Source: Eledone cirrhosa (taxonomy: Eukaryota). From it: a DNA stretch of 64,000 nt. Below, piece after piece: positions 51,413 through 63,800 of this stretch. Position 1 is the first letter of the stretch, and each line of letters opens with the position of its first letter. The position numbers and the translations under genes were made by a program. Where the stretch lies: positions 312,170,001-312,234,000 of the forward strand of contig OZ024743.1 of NCBI GenBank assembly GCA_964016885.1, given 5' to 3'. The notes beneath the pieces are model-generated. The model searched no databases. It saw nothing but the letters and a program-made list of their open reading frames with translations, and was not told the origin of the DNA.

Positions 51413-54400
51413 AGATTCAGGACTCTGATAGCTGAGCTCCGGCTGTTTCGATAGCTTGATCCGAATTACCCACTCTACTACCCCAAGTATCGAGTACTCT
51501 GGTGGGTTATGGTCCACCTGGTTTTTACCACACCCTATTTGATATCATCATCATCACTGTTTTACGTCCGTTCTTCCATGCTAGCATGGGTTAGACATGT
51601 TGTCCTGTTGTGGGCAGTGTCTGGTCGGCTGACCATGCCTTGCTCATACAGGAACCGATTATATATATTATATATATAATGTGTGTGTGTATATATATAT
51701 ATAATAGCATGGTAAAATGGATGTTAAACGGTGATGATGATATTTATATAGTAATAATAATAATAAATGTGAAGACTAAAATCCAAAGAGGGCCCGATAA
51801 GGATAAATATATATCAAATATATAAGAACCCTAGAGCAAATATTTATTAAAATAACAGATTAAAGTTTAAGCAAAGAATTGCTGCTTTCACTCTTAACGG
51901 GATCTTCTGAAACTCATTAAGGGTGAAAGCAGAGATTCTTTGCTTAAACTTTAATCCGTTATTTTACTAATTATATATATATATATTGAAAGTACTGTAG
52001 AGTGAGAACATAATTACATATAAGCATATATACACACACAAGCCAGTATGGAAAAACAAATAAAATGATGATGATGACATATATACATACCTATATATAA
52101 GCATACACATACATACAATCATATCTTTGATTTTTTTTTTCCCCAAACAACTTACAGATTCTTCATGACTATTCTTAAAATACTGCATATTAAGTAGAGG
52201 AATCATAGATGGACGACCATGAGCACACTGGAATGGTAATTTACATTTCCTCAGCATCTGCATCAGATCCTTACATTCTTTCAATGTTAACACAGTCCCA
52301 AACTTGATGGCACCTAGAAAAATAAGAGAAATAATACAATTTAGTAATGCTATCATCTCTTAAATTTAACTCACAAGGCATTGTTGGTCAATGCATGGCT
52401 ATAGTAGATGACACTCACCCAAAATGCCATGTAATAATAATAATTGTTCCTATTTTTGGCACAAGGCCAGCAATTACCCCAGTGCATTACGGGTGCTTTA
52501 TTTTATCGACACCGTAAGGATGAAAGGCAAAGTTAACCTCAGCACGATTTGAACTCAGAACGTAAAGGGCCATAACTCTAGGCTTTTTACACAATGAAAA
52601 TTATTGTGTACAGTGCTCAGGTGCACTACAACTCATCAAAGGTGCATGTGGGTATGTATGGACCTGTAACTCCTGAGGGAGTCGTAGGAGCACTATATTG
52701 ACGTATTTCGAGACATTTTGACATTTCAAGAGCCTTTTTTAGGGTGGCAGCAATGATGATAAAGAATAATAATAATGGTGGAATAAGTGATTTTAATAAT
52801 AACTTACTATGACAAGCTTGAGAACATAAAACATTGTGAATGGTCTTTGGTATTGATCCTCTAGAACCATGAGTGTCTTGTAGAAACTAAAATAAATAAA
52901 TAAAAAATAATATTGGTTGCTAGCTTTGGCAGTATGACCCATGTCCTAACACTCCACCCATTTACCAAAACTTTCATCCATGTCCTAACACTCTACCCCT
53001 CACACATGTTCCTAGATCTATCTCCCCAATACCCATGCAGCTCCCCCAGTCCACACTGTAAAGTGGTCGTGTTGGCGACATGACAAAAAGCAGACAGCTC
53101 AAACTGTAAAGTGGTTGTGTAGGTATCATGACAAAAAGCACCCAGTACACACTGTAAATGTGGTTGACATTAGGAAGGGCATCCAACTGTAGAAACCAAG
53201 ACAAAATCTGTATGAGTAAGACATGGTCAGATGATCATGTCTTACTCATACAGAACTGGTTTTGGCTGTCTCACAGCAGGACAACTCGTCTAACCCATGG
53301 AAGCATGGAAAAATGAATGTTAAATGATGATGATGATCTTCATCAAACTGGTTAGTTAGTTGTAGGATGTGTTGTTTATGCAGGACATAAGCAAATGTCA
53401 TCATTTGTTTAAACAGTGTCACATGTGAAGATGCACCATGAGACACACAAACATACATATATACATATAGATATAGATATTTGTCCAACTCATGCAATCG
53501 TGAAAAAGTGGACGTATAAATGACGATGATGATGATATACATATAACGTCTTTACCATAGCTATGTGTTGGCCCAGTCATTGTGATACACACACACACAT
53601 ATTATATATATATCATGATGATGATGATATATATATATATTCCATCTATCAAATTCACTCACAATTACTGGGCCAACACATGGCTATGGTAAAGACATTT
53701 GCAAAAAATGCCCCCACTTAGTAAGATCAAACCCAGGACCTTATTGCTGTGAACCAAACCTCTTGACCACTAAGCTAAATCTACATCTGTGCAAGCAGTA
53801 CATAGTAACATTTTATGGATAAATATCATAATTTAGTTTACTTACATCAATGTGTTCCTTGATTAATGCCTGAAAAAAACCCACAAAACACAATTTATGA
53901 TATTGGTAATTTTATTTTTTGGCTTATTCTTATATTATTTTATTTCAAATTATTCAAATATATTTCTAGGATAAAATGACATAAAAATTATAAAAAATTT
54001 AAAAGAAATAGTCAAACATATAAAAAAAGAAAGTAGTATTGGAAAGAACTATAAATGCTATAAATGAGAGGACAAGGATTATTAGGCAATGAAAGAAAGG
54101 GGGAAGGGGAGAGGGTGATTGATTATAAACCTAAGTCAGAGATGTGTTTCAGCTGCGCCCTGCAATAATGATAATAGTCATATAATGAATATATAAACAA
54201 CATATGGACAAGGATAGTACTTAGTCACTGTCACATCATTCAACCTAAATATAACAACAGACAAAATAGAAAACAAGATTACAACAATTGTTTTAAGGCC
54301 ATTTCTTCTGCTGAAGTAAGAGTTAGCCTTGCAGGCTTTATGACAGACAAACACATTGTTCATGGGGCCCTTTTTTGAGGCTCTTCCTGGAGCCAACCAC

Positions 54401-57400
54401 TTATGATATGGTGTACTTACAATGGGACAACTCGTCTAACCCATGCTAGCATGGAAAATGGACGTTAAGAGATAAACAACAGTTGCTCACCTGCATCAGG
54501 TCTTCAATAACAGAACCACGATTATATTTCCTCTCACTGGCCTCTCGAGCTGCAATACACGATGGTACTGTGTGAACTTCAACACTGTTAGCTCCCACTG
54601 ACACAGTCAGTTCAATACCTGGTGTTGAACAATACAGAAATCAATATATTAACCCTTTCCTTACTATATTTAATCAAAGATACTATCTTCAGTTTTCAAA
54701 TAATTTTGAGAACAATCAAGAATTTGAAGTGGTTTAGTAATATAGCTAACTTTCTTATTTTTTAGCTGGTGTTTGGAACATAACCAAATAAAAGTTCTTA
54801 CATAAAATAAAACATGGAAATCAGTGCCAAACAGATATACGAACCGATTTGGAGAAACTCAGGAAGAAATGAACGCGTCACTCTTATTTCCCGATCAGAA
54901 AATGTTAGAATTAATGGTGGAACTATAATTGAGGAACTTATTCTTTTGCCATTTTCACCATTACCATCTTCAGTCTGGTACATTTCTGAAAACAATAAAG
55001 ACAAACAAGCAAAAATTCACATTGAGGTATTGCAATTAAGATTTAGAACAAGTGGTCTGTTCATCATCATCATGATTATCATCATCGTTGTCTTAACATC
55101 CACTTTCCCTGCTAGTAAAGGTTGGATAGGTCTGTACAGAACAAGTCCACTGAAGCAGGATCACTGATCTTCAGTACTGAATATGTGGTCTGCTATTTAA
55201 GACAATAGAAATTGGTTTAAATGTTTTTTGTAGAAACTCACTGGTCAGTGCATATTGTTCATAGCCCTTAGTTCATCATCATCATCATCATTTTCATGTC
55301 AGCTGGGTTTATTCCATGCTAGTATGGGTTGGACTGGACTTTTTGAAGAAGTGTTTAATGATTAGATATCATACCTGACACTAATCTGTCTCTTATGATG
55401 TGCATGGATACAATAAGCATTTTAAGGCAATTTTTCCTTCTAAAAAAGGGGTTAGCTTTGCAGGTCCCATAAAAAGTTTCTTACTCATCAAAGAGTCCTA
55501 TTGAGGCAATGTTTTATGGATACATGCCCCATCTGATGTCAACCCTTTCAGTTGCCTCTTACAGCATACAGGGATACAGCGTAACTCCGAATAAGTGTTG
55601 ACTTGGATTATGGCAACCCCACCCCAATTCATGGTAACATGGAAAGTAGATGTAAAATGATGATGTTGAGTTCAGTTGTTGGGGCAAACATTTTCTAGTT
55701 GCATGAACAACTCCCCTATCAACTGCGTTATGTGTAGTACAACTCCTCTGTAAGCTATGTTATGTGTGTAGTACAATTGTCCTGTCAACTGTGTAGTGTG
55801 TAGTATAACTTCCCTGTCAACTGTGTAGTGTGTAGTATAACTTCCCTGTCAACTGTGTAGTGTGTAGTATAATTTCCCTGTCAACTGTGTAGTGTGTAGT
55901 ATAACTTCCCTGTCAACTGTGTAGTGTGTAGTATAACTTCCCTGTCAACTGTGTAGTGTGTAGTATAATTTCCCTGTCAACTGCGTTATGTGTGTAGCAC
56001 TGTCTACTTTTCATATTATGACAACAGCATTAGAGAGAAATGTCTAATATGACTAAAATATGTTCTAGAACCGATGTGGTCTCTGTTCAGAATTTGTAGT
56101 ACCATCCAACACAATCTAGGAAGTAAAGAAACTAGTAGAGAAAGAAAATACATCTTCACCTTCTGTTAGTTGTTCTAAACGTACTCTTTCATGGGCAGCA
56201 TGTTGGTCAACTATAATCAGATGGCCAGGAGCTAAAAACAAAAATTTCAAATAAACCAGATAATTATCCTAGAGCAGAGGTGGGGAATCTTTTCCATCTA
56301 AAGAACTATTTTAAGCAAATATATATATATATATATATATATATAAAGGTGGGGGGCTGAGAGGATCCCTCAGTTGTGCCACAAAATGGCAACCTCTCTA
56401 GTGTTGGTGATAGGAAGGACATACAGCCATAGAAAGATTGCCAAACAGGGTGTTAGGCGGACCCTTCAGTTTCTGTCAAAAGACACAAGTTCTCCTCTGC
56501 ACTCGATATAACCATACATAAGTGGGACACAGACCCCTCGGCTTGTCAGGGAGGTCAGAAGCCCTACTTCAGTACTGACTTCATCTATGTAGACTCGTCC
56601 AACCCTTGCAAGCAGGGAAAGTGGATGTCAAATGATGATGATGATGATATATCATCATTATCATCATCACAGTATAACATCCATTTTTCCATGTTAGCAT
56701 GGGTTAGCTGAGTTATCCCATTGTGAGGCAAGTCAGATCAAATGACCATGTCTTGCTCATAGAGAACTGTTTCTGGCTAGGTTTCTATGACTGGATGCCC
56801 TTCTTAATGCTAACCACATTTACAGTGTTGACTGGATGCTTTTTATCATGGCACCAAAATGACTGACTGACTGGTTGGACTGGGTACTTTTTAATCATGT
56901 TACCAGCACAACCACCTTGAGTCTAATGGAGTCACATCAAATATATTAAGCAAAATCCATACAGTGATGGCACATGGCCTAGTGGTAAGGGTGTTAGACT
57001 TACAATCATAATGTCATCAGTTCGATTCCTTGACTGGGTTGTGCGTTGTGTTCTTGAGCAGAACACTTCATTTCATATCACCCTGTGATGGACTGGTGTC
57101 CTTTCCAGAGGTGAGTTTTCTATTCTCAGTCACTTCATGCCACATAAACTGGGATAAGCACCAGTTTGATGAGCCTCTGGTCTTGAGACACTTAAGATTT
57201 TTAGATACAAAAAAGAATTTAGCTAAATGTTTTCTTACTCAATGCAATTTTTGGCTGAGAATCCTATCTGAAATTACTTCAATGTCTGAGTTATCATCAT
57301 GGTTTTTATTTCATTACAAGATTGCAGATTTAATAAAGTGAAAAAAATAATTTTATTTTTTCTGAGTCAATCAAGTTAGACAAAAGAGCCACAGGTTCCT

Positions 57401-57797
57401 GACCCTTAATCTAATGGTTTCAAGTACCAAATAAAAGAAATCCTTCACACTCTTTCTCTTCTCAGTTTAGTTGGTACCAATTCCATCAACTTGTTTTGAT
57501 AACAAGCCAATGAGATATCCTCTACATAGCTGTTTAACTTGCTATATATAGCAGCTATACGCTGTCCCTTACCAAATCTTTCTTCCCCAAATTTCAACCT
57601 TCTGAAATTGTTCTCTGGACAAGTTTACCAACAAACACCAGACACTTAAAGCTAAATTTCAACTACATTAACTACAACAATGGCTATAGGTTGCACCCCT
57701 CTTCTAAGCAATAATTAAACGTATATACACATATATACACACACGGGCAGACAGGCAAGCAGACATACACAGACAGGAACACACACAAACAGGCGCG

Positions 57798-57839
<42 letters not shown>

Positions 57840-60800
57840 GAAACACATAGCGATAGACACATAGACATCAGTATCTAGATTAAATTAAGTTAATTCACAA
57901 CTTACTCGTGGTAGAAGAGTTTTTAGGACGGACAATACAAGCAATGAATTTCTTATCCACTTGACCAATGGTCTGGAAATCAGAATAAATATAGGATTGT
58001 TAATAAATTTAGGAGTTTTACTATAAAGAAAGTACATAGTAGTAAAATGTTTGTAGCTCACCTCTATTTGAGACAGCATAGTCTTGGTAAACTGACAATG
58101 GTGGGTTACACGGTGATGTTTAACATTCTTGAAATTACTAATCTTTACGTTAAGAATTTCCTGAAATATAAATAAATACAATTTATAAACAAATTAATCA
58201 ATTAATACAAGCAATTTACTTTGATTTGATTATATATATGGTATCTGATGTCATCCTCCTGCTTTTCATGGATACTACAGCAAACATCAAAACACAACAC
58301 TTGAAAGCAATTTTTAAATCTTAAATTTAAATCAAATATCAAAGCGAGAAGACCAGAACGTTTTACTCTGGAATTTCCCCAGACTCTAAGGAAGGGATTT
58401 TTAAGTCCTGAAATATTAGGATGGAAAAATCATAATAATAATAAATACCAGGTAACAAACTTTTTCGTTGCCTTCATTTAAACTAAATTTTACTGTCCAT
58501 TTCGCACTGTCTTAACTTTCTTAAAACATAATTTTCTACATTATAAAGACAGAGTTCAAATCCAAGCAATGGATTCTTAGATGGGAATCATCATCATTAA
58601 AGTTTAACGTCCATTTATCCATACTGGCATGGGTTAGACAAGTTATCCTATTGTGAACAATGCTAGGTCAGGTGACCATATAATGCTCATACAGAACCAA
58701 TTTTGGCTTGGTTTCTACAGCTGGATGTCCTTCCTAGCACCAATCTCATTTAAAACTATAATGGAGGCACATGGCTTAGTGGTTAGAGCATTGGCCTTGC
58801 AATCGAAAGGTTGTGAGTTCAATTCTCAGACCGGGTGATGTGTTGTTTCCTTGAGCAAGATACTTTATTTCACATTGCTCCAGTTTACTCAGCTGTAGAA
58901 ATGAGATGATAGGGACTGAGATCCATATCATTCCACTGTAAAGTGGTCGTGGAGGTGCCGTGGCAAAAAAAGCACCCAGCACTCACTGTAAATGAGGTTG
59001 GCGTTAGGAAGGGCATCCAGCTGTAGAAATCAAGCCAGAATCAGTTCCCGTCCCACCCTTGCAAGCAGGGAAAAAGCGGACGTAAAATGAAATGATGAAA
59101 TGATGATATGAATATATGATGGCACAGACCTCCATTGGTTTGAGTTATTTTATAGTGATTTAATGTTACAATAAATAAAATGATTACCTTTTCAGGTTGT
59201 TGAAATACAGGGTTCTTCCAGTTGTTCCACAGTTCAATAACTGGATCTAAAGAAATATAGAAGCAACAGAAAGGTCATATAAAACAGTGTGTGGCTGTGG
59301 GTTTCAATGTACGAGGGGTGTCTGAAAACTTGATAGGCTGACCAAGATACTCTCATGGAATGACCAAATGAGTTTTATTTTTCAATAAAGTCCATGGAAA
59401 AAAAGCAATGCAGTTATTAGTAATAAGAGCTGAAATTCATGCTTGCAAGATTTTACAGCTCTAGTATCGCTCCTTCATAGTCAACCTATGAACTTTTCAG
59501 CTAACCCTTGTATGGATATTTGACACTAAACAGTCTAAAGTTTGTCTATACCTACCAATGTGACTACAAGTACATGAGAGGCCATGAGCCTGCTACAAAA
59601 CATTTACTACAGGAGCCTACTAATGTGAAACACAAATGCAGAAGACCTCTCCAGATATTAATGATAGGCATTGAGGAAGATACAGAACTATCTAGTGGAG
59701 AACTGAGGCAATTAATGTTGGATCGTGTCAGATGAAAAGGTTTTATCATGTCACCACAAAGAGGTGGATGAATTAAGAACTGGTAGTAGTAGTGTCAATA
59801 CCTGCTACACAACGTTTATTATGGGAGCTCACTAATGTGAAATAGGCGGTGAATTGGCAGTCATTAGAACATTAGATAGAATGCTTTGCAGTATTCATTC
59901 TGGCTTTGTGCTCCACCAAGGTCAACTTTGCCTTTCATCCATTCAGAGTTGATGAAAAAAGTACTAGTCTAGTAGTGGGGTCAATTCTTCCCCTATCTCT
60001 CTTTCTCACTTCCATTCTCTCACTCTCTATCCTTCTCTGGAAGAAATCTGCTATATTTAGACCTGGAGAGGAAATGGGCTTTGCCAAATCTAAAAAAAAC
60101 TGCCCTAGAAATGCTGTAAGTCAATATGGTGCCCCTACAAGATGGGACCATACATACATATACTAATGTGAAATGCAAACACAGAAGGCCTCTCAAGACA
60201 TTAAAGATAGCCATTGAGGAAGATACAGAATTATCCAATAAAGAACTGAGGCAGTTAATACTTGATCATACAAGATGGAAAGGTTTTATCATGTCAACAC
60301 AAAGAAGTGTATAAATGTTGTAGTAGTATTATAAAGTAAATAAAAGCTAATTTGATCAAATATTTCATGTTTAATAATTTATTTTTTATATGCCAAAATT
60401 AACGTGTAATCCCATCTTAAAGCAGTAAAATATAAAAAATGACACCAACACTCGAAGAATTGACAGGACAGAAGGTTGAATGTCCAAATGGATGAATCAG
60501 AGAAAGAGAAGGATAGCGATTTGGCTAGTTGGGTGAACAAGAGGAAAGAAGAAAAGGTGAGTAGATAGAAACATGGCTAGATGGTGATTGTAAAGGTCAA
60601 TGAATTGATAGATATCATCATAATTTTACACCCACTTTCCATTTTAGTATGGGTTGGACAAGTTTTCATGGTCCAAGTCAGTTCTTATTCAGATTGAGTC
60701 AATGCATTCGTAGGTCAGTCAGTGGACCACATCTCACTCATGCATTCCATTTTTAGCTTGTTTGCTATGATGAGATGTCCTTCCTAACACCAACTACATT

Positions 60801-63800
60801 TTGTCATGGCAACATTAGAAAGGTTGTCATGTCTGACTGAGGACATGAAGAAGGAAATATAGAGAGATAGATTGATGAATAAACTGAAGAGACACTAATC
60901 TAACCTATGTAAACCTAAGCAGCAGATGTGTAATAAATCAAATTATAATCAATAAATATTAATTTAAAATGAAATAGAATATATTTACCAATTTCTTTGG
61001 CAGAATTTGTATTATCCATTTCAATAATTTTGTCATCAGAATCACAATTATTGACAGAAAAATCTTCTGCATCCACTGTTACAGTGGGTGTTGCAGTAGA
61101 ATTGGTGCACGCTACTAAGGGATCTGGAGGTACAGATATGTCAGAGTTAAACTCTTGAGAGATTGTCGAATATATTGGATCTTTCTGTTTCATTGATACC
61201 AGATCATATCTGGTAGCTGATAAAGCATCTGGAGTTACAGATCTGTCAGAGTCAAAACCTTGAGAGATTGTCGAATATTTTGAATCGTTCTGCTTTACCG
61301 ATACTAGATCATTGTATCTGGTAGCTAAATCCCGCTCAGCACATTCTAGTAAGTTTGTATTCTTTGTAGCAGAAATATTTGTTAGTTTCTTTATATTAGT
61401 GGAAATGGAGATTTTATGAAACAAATCAAATTGGTTACTATTCATTTTATCTTGGCGTTCATCATCACTACATTTATTTACTGTTTCATTGCTGTCTCTA
61501 TTTATATTGTGGTCATGTGATAGATAACTACCACAGTTATCTGCTGTATGGTTACTCTCTGTGTTTCTAGAGTGGTCCTGTGATGGCTGACTGCTAACAG
61601 GACCTACTGACTGACTGCCATTTACAGATATGTAACTGTCAGACAGGGAAGAATTTTCTGTTGTTTGATCACCTTCATCTTTCAGACAGTGAATATTCAA
61701 TTGACTTGTGTTCTCCCCTTGGTACCTACATAGCTGTTGCTCTACTTGTTGACTTCTACTGTTGCAAGTGTTGTCAACTAACAGAACACCATCATCAACA
61801 ACATTACAATCTTCTCTTTGACTTTCATTTTTTGTAGATACAGTATGATTCTGTTGTAAAATTGAACAGTTCCTAGTAACCGGATCTTCTTCAAATGTTT
61901 GCTTTTCACTCAAATACATCCCAAGACCATAATTCAATGAAGAAGGTTTAGTCAATCCATTTTCCTTAATCACAGCCAAAGATTTCTGGTTATCAATATC
62001 ACAAAAATATTGAATATTTCTTTCAGAATTGCTTTGTACAATGTTGAAATCTTTTGATAAAGCAGAACCACTCAAAGGATTTAAGTCTGGCATATGTTGC
62101 AACTTAGAATTAAGGTTTGTATAATAAGGTTCTAGATTCACCTGAGTGCTAGAAGTAGATGATTCTGGTTTTTGCAAAAAGAATAATTCTTTGGATAAGT
62201 TACTATATTTATTCCATTTAGAATACTCTGTATTAGTTTCTGACAGATATGTTTTGGTCATATTTTCTTGGTATAATTCTACACAACTTGAATTAGAGGC
62301 ACCTGGAATATTTCTACTTTCTTCATAATTGGCAACTTTGTTTAATTCCTCTTCTTCAGTCTGTAGATGGTCTTTTTTATGATGATTAGAACGTTCACTC
62401 TTTGATAAACTTTCAGAAAGTACTCCTATAGATGTTGCTCTTTCTTCTTCTTCTTCACTGCTGCTACCATAATTATTTAATAACACTACATTAAATGGTA
62501 TATATTCCTTAGTTCTATCTTCTGGTACATTACGTAAAGCCCTACCACTGAATTCACCTAATTTCTGCTCCCTATTATCAATGTTTTTCCCAAGGCCCTC
62601 TTGTTCCATTTCATCAGAAGAAATACATGGAAACAAATGTTCAGTTTTACTTAACAAATTACCCAAACATTGAGTTTTATGTGGCTTTGTGCAAGAATAA
62701 ACTGAATGCCCCAAATTAGAGAAATCTGCATCTTCTATTTTCTTAGAAGGAGATATTCTATCTACATATCTTGTATTATAAGTATCTTCAAAACTGTTAA
62801 CCATAATTCTATCTCCAACTCTACTTTGTAATGCATCTTGGAACAATGATAACCTTTGAAGATGAATATCACTTTGTACTTCAGGAAGGAATTGGTTTGG
62901 TGAAAAACTCACTTGGTTTATTGGAGGGAAACTGCAGAAATTCTGTACAGTTTCAGATAATTCAGTAGAATTACTTCTTTGGTAAACAGAAGCAGTGTCT
63001 GTCAAACTGATTGGCTGTTTGTATTGTTTTTCTGTGAAATATTCAGTAGAAGTTGATTCTTTGGAATGCAAGTCAGAATTTAAACATAAACTAGAATTTG
63101 GTATATCTATAGTGTCAAACTTTCCAGTTTTATACAAAATAGCATCATTAGATTCACTTTCAGTATCAAAATTAAAAACAAAGGGTTTTTTTGCTCTATC
63201 TTCATAATTATTATCAAATCTATAAATCTCAGTAGAGTCATTCTTTGAAAGAATATCACATTCTTGAACATTGATAGTAGTTGAAATGGGAATTGTATGA
63301 TTCCATGAGACACTAGGTAAATGAACACCAATTTCCCCAGAATCATCAAAGAAAGTATGGGATTGATCTCCAGGCATAAGCTTCTCTGTAGAATAAGATT
63401 TTAGGTTTAAATTTGGAAATTTTAACTCAGTAAAATCTTTTGAAATTTTCAGATTGGATTTTACATAATTTTCAGCACTCCTGTAAGTCTGAAGAAAAGA
63501 TGAAGAAGTCAGAAACTTTCGCTCAACAAAATTATGAAGATGTTCGTTTTGTCTTTTGGACAAAGTTTGTACATTAGCAGATATTTCAGATAGCTGCTTC
63601 ATATGATTATTTAATATTACATCATGATTTTCTCTAAGTGAAGTATATTTCTTCTCAGATTCCTTTAATAAACTAATACCATCTATCCTGCAAGGGAAAC
63701 TTTCCGTCACTGTCAAATGGTTCTCCAAAACTGGTATTTCTTCAGGTTTCTCAGCTTTTGTTGTTGCCAAATTTCCCCCTCCTACATTTGAACCTCTATC

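Noticed and set aside
52156-56231. PMS2/PMS1 or bacterial mutL assignment
   Set aside because: DQHAAHER, SQACH and FQCAHGRPS are MLH3-type (PMS2 has DQHATDEK, SRACR, WNCPHGRP), and the gene is intron-split
58762-58835. tRNA gene
   Set aside because: A/B-box head without a closing acceptor stem, continuing into a dispersed repeat body; it is a SINE head
59590-60312. Duplicated short ORFs (ELRQL.LD..RWKG)
   Set aside because: Two decayed copies of a LINE-like 3' end separated by other repeat fragments; not a gene
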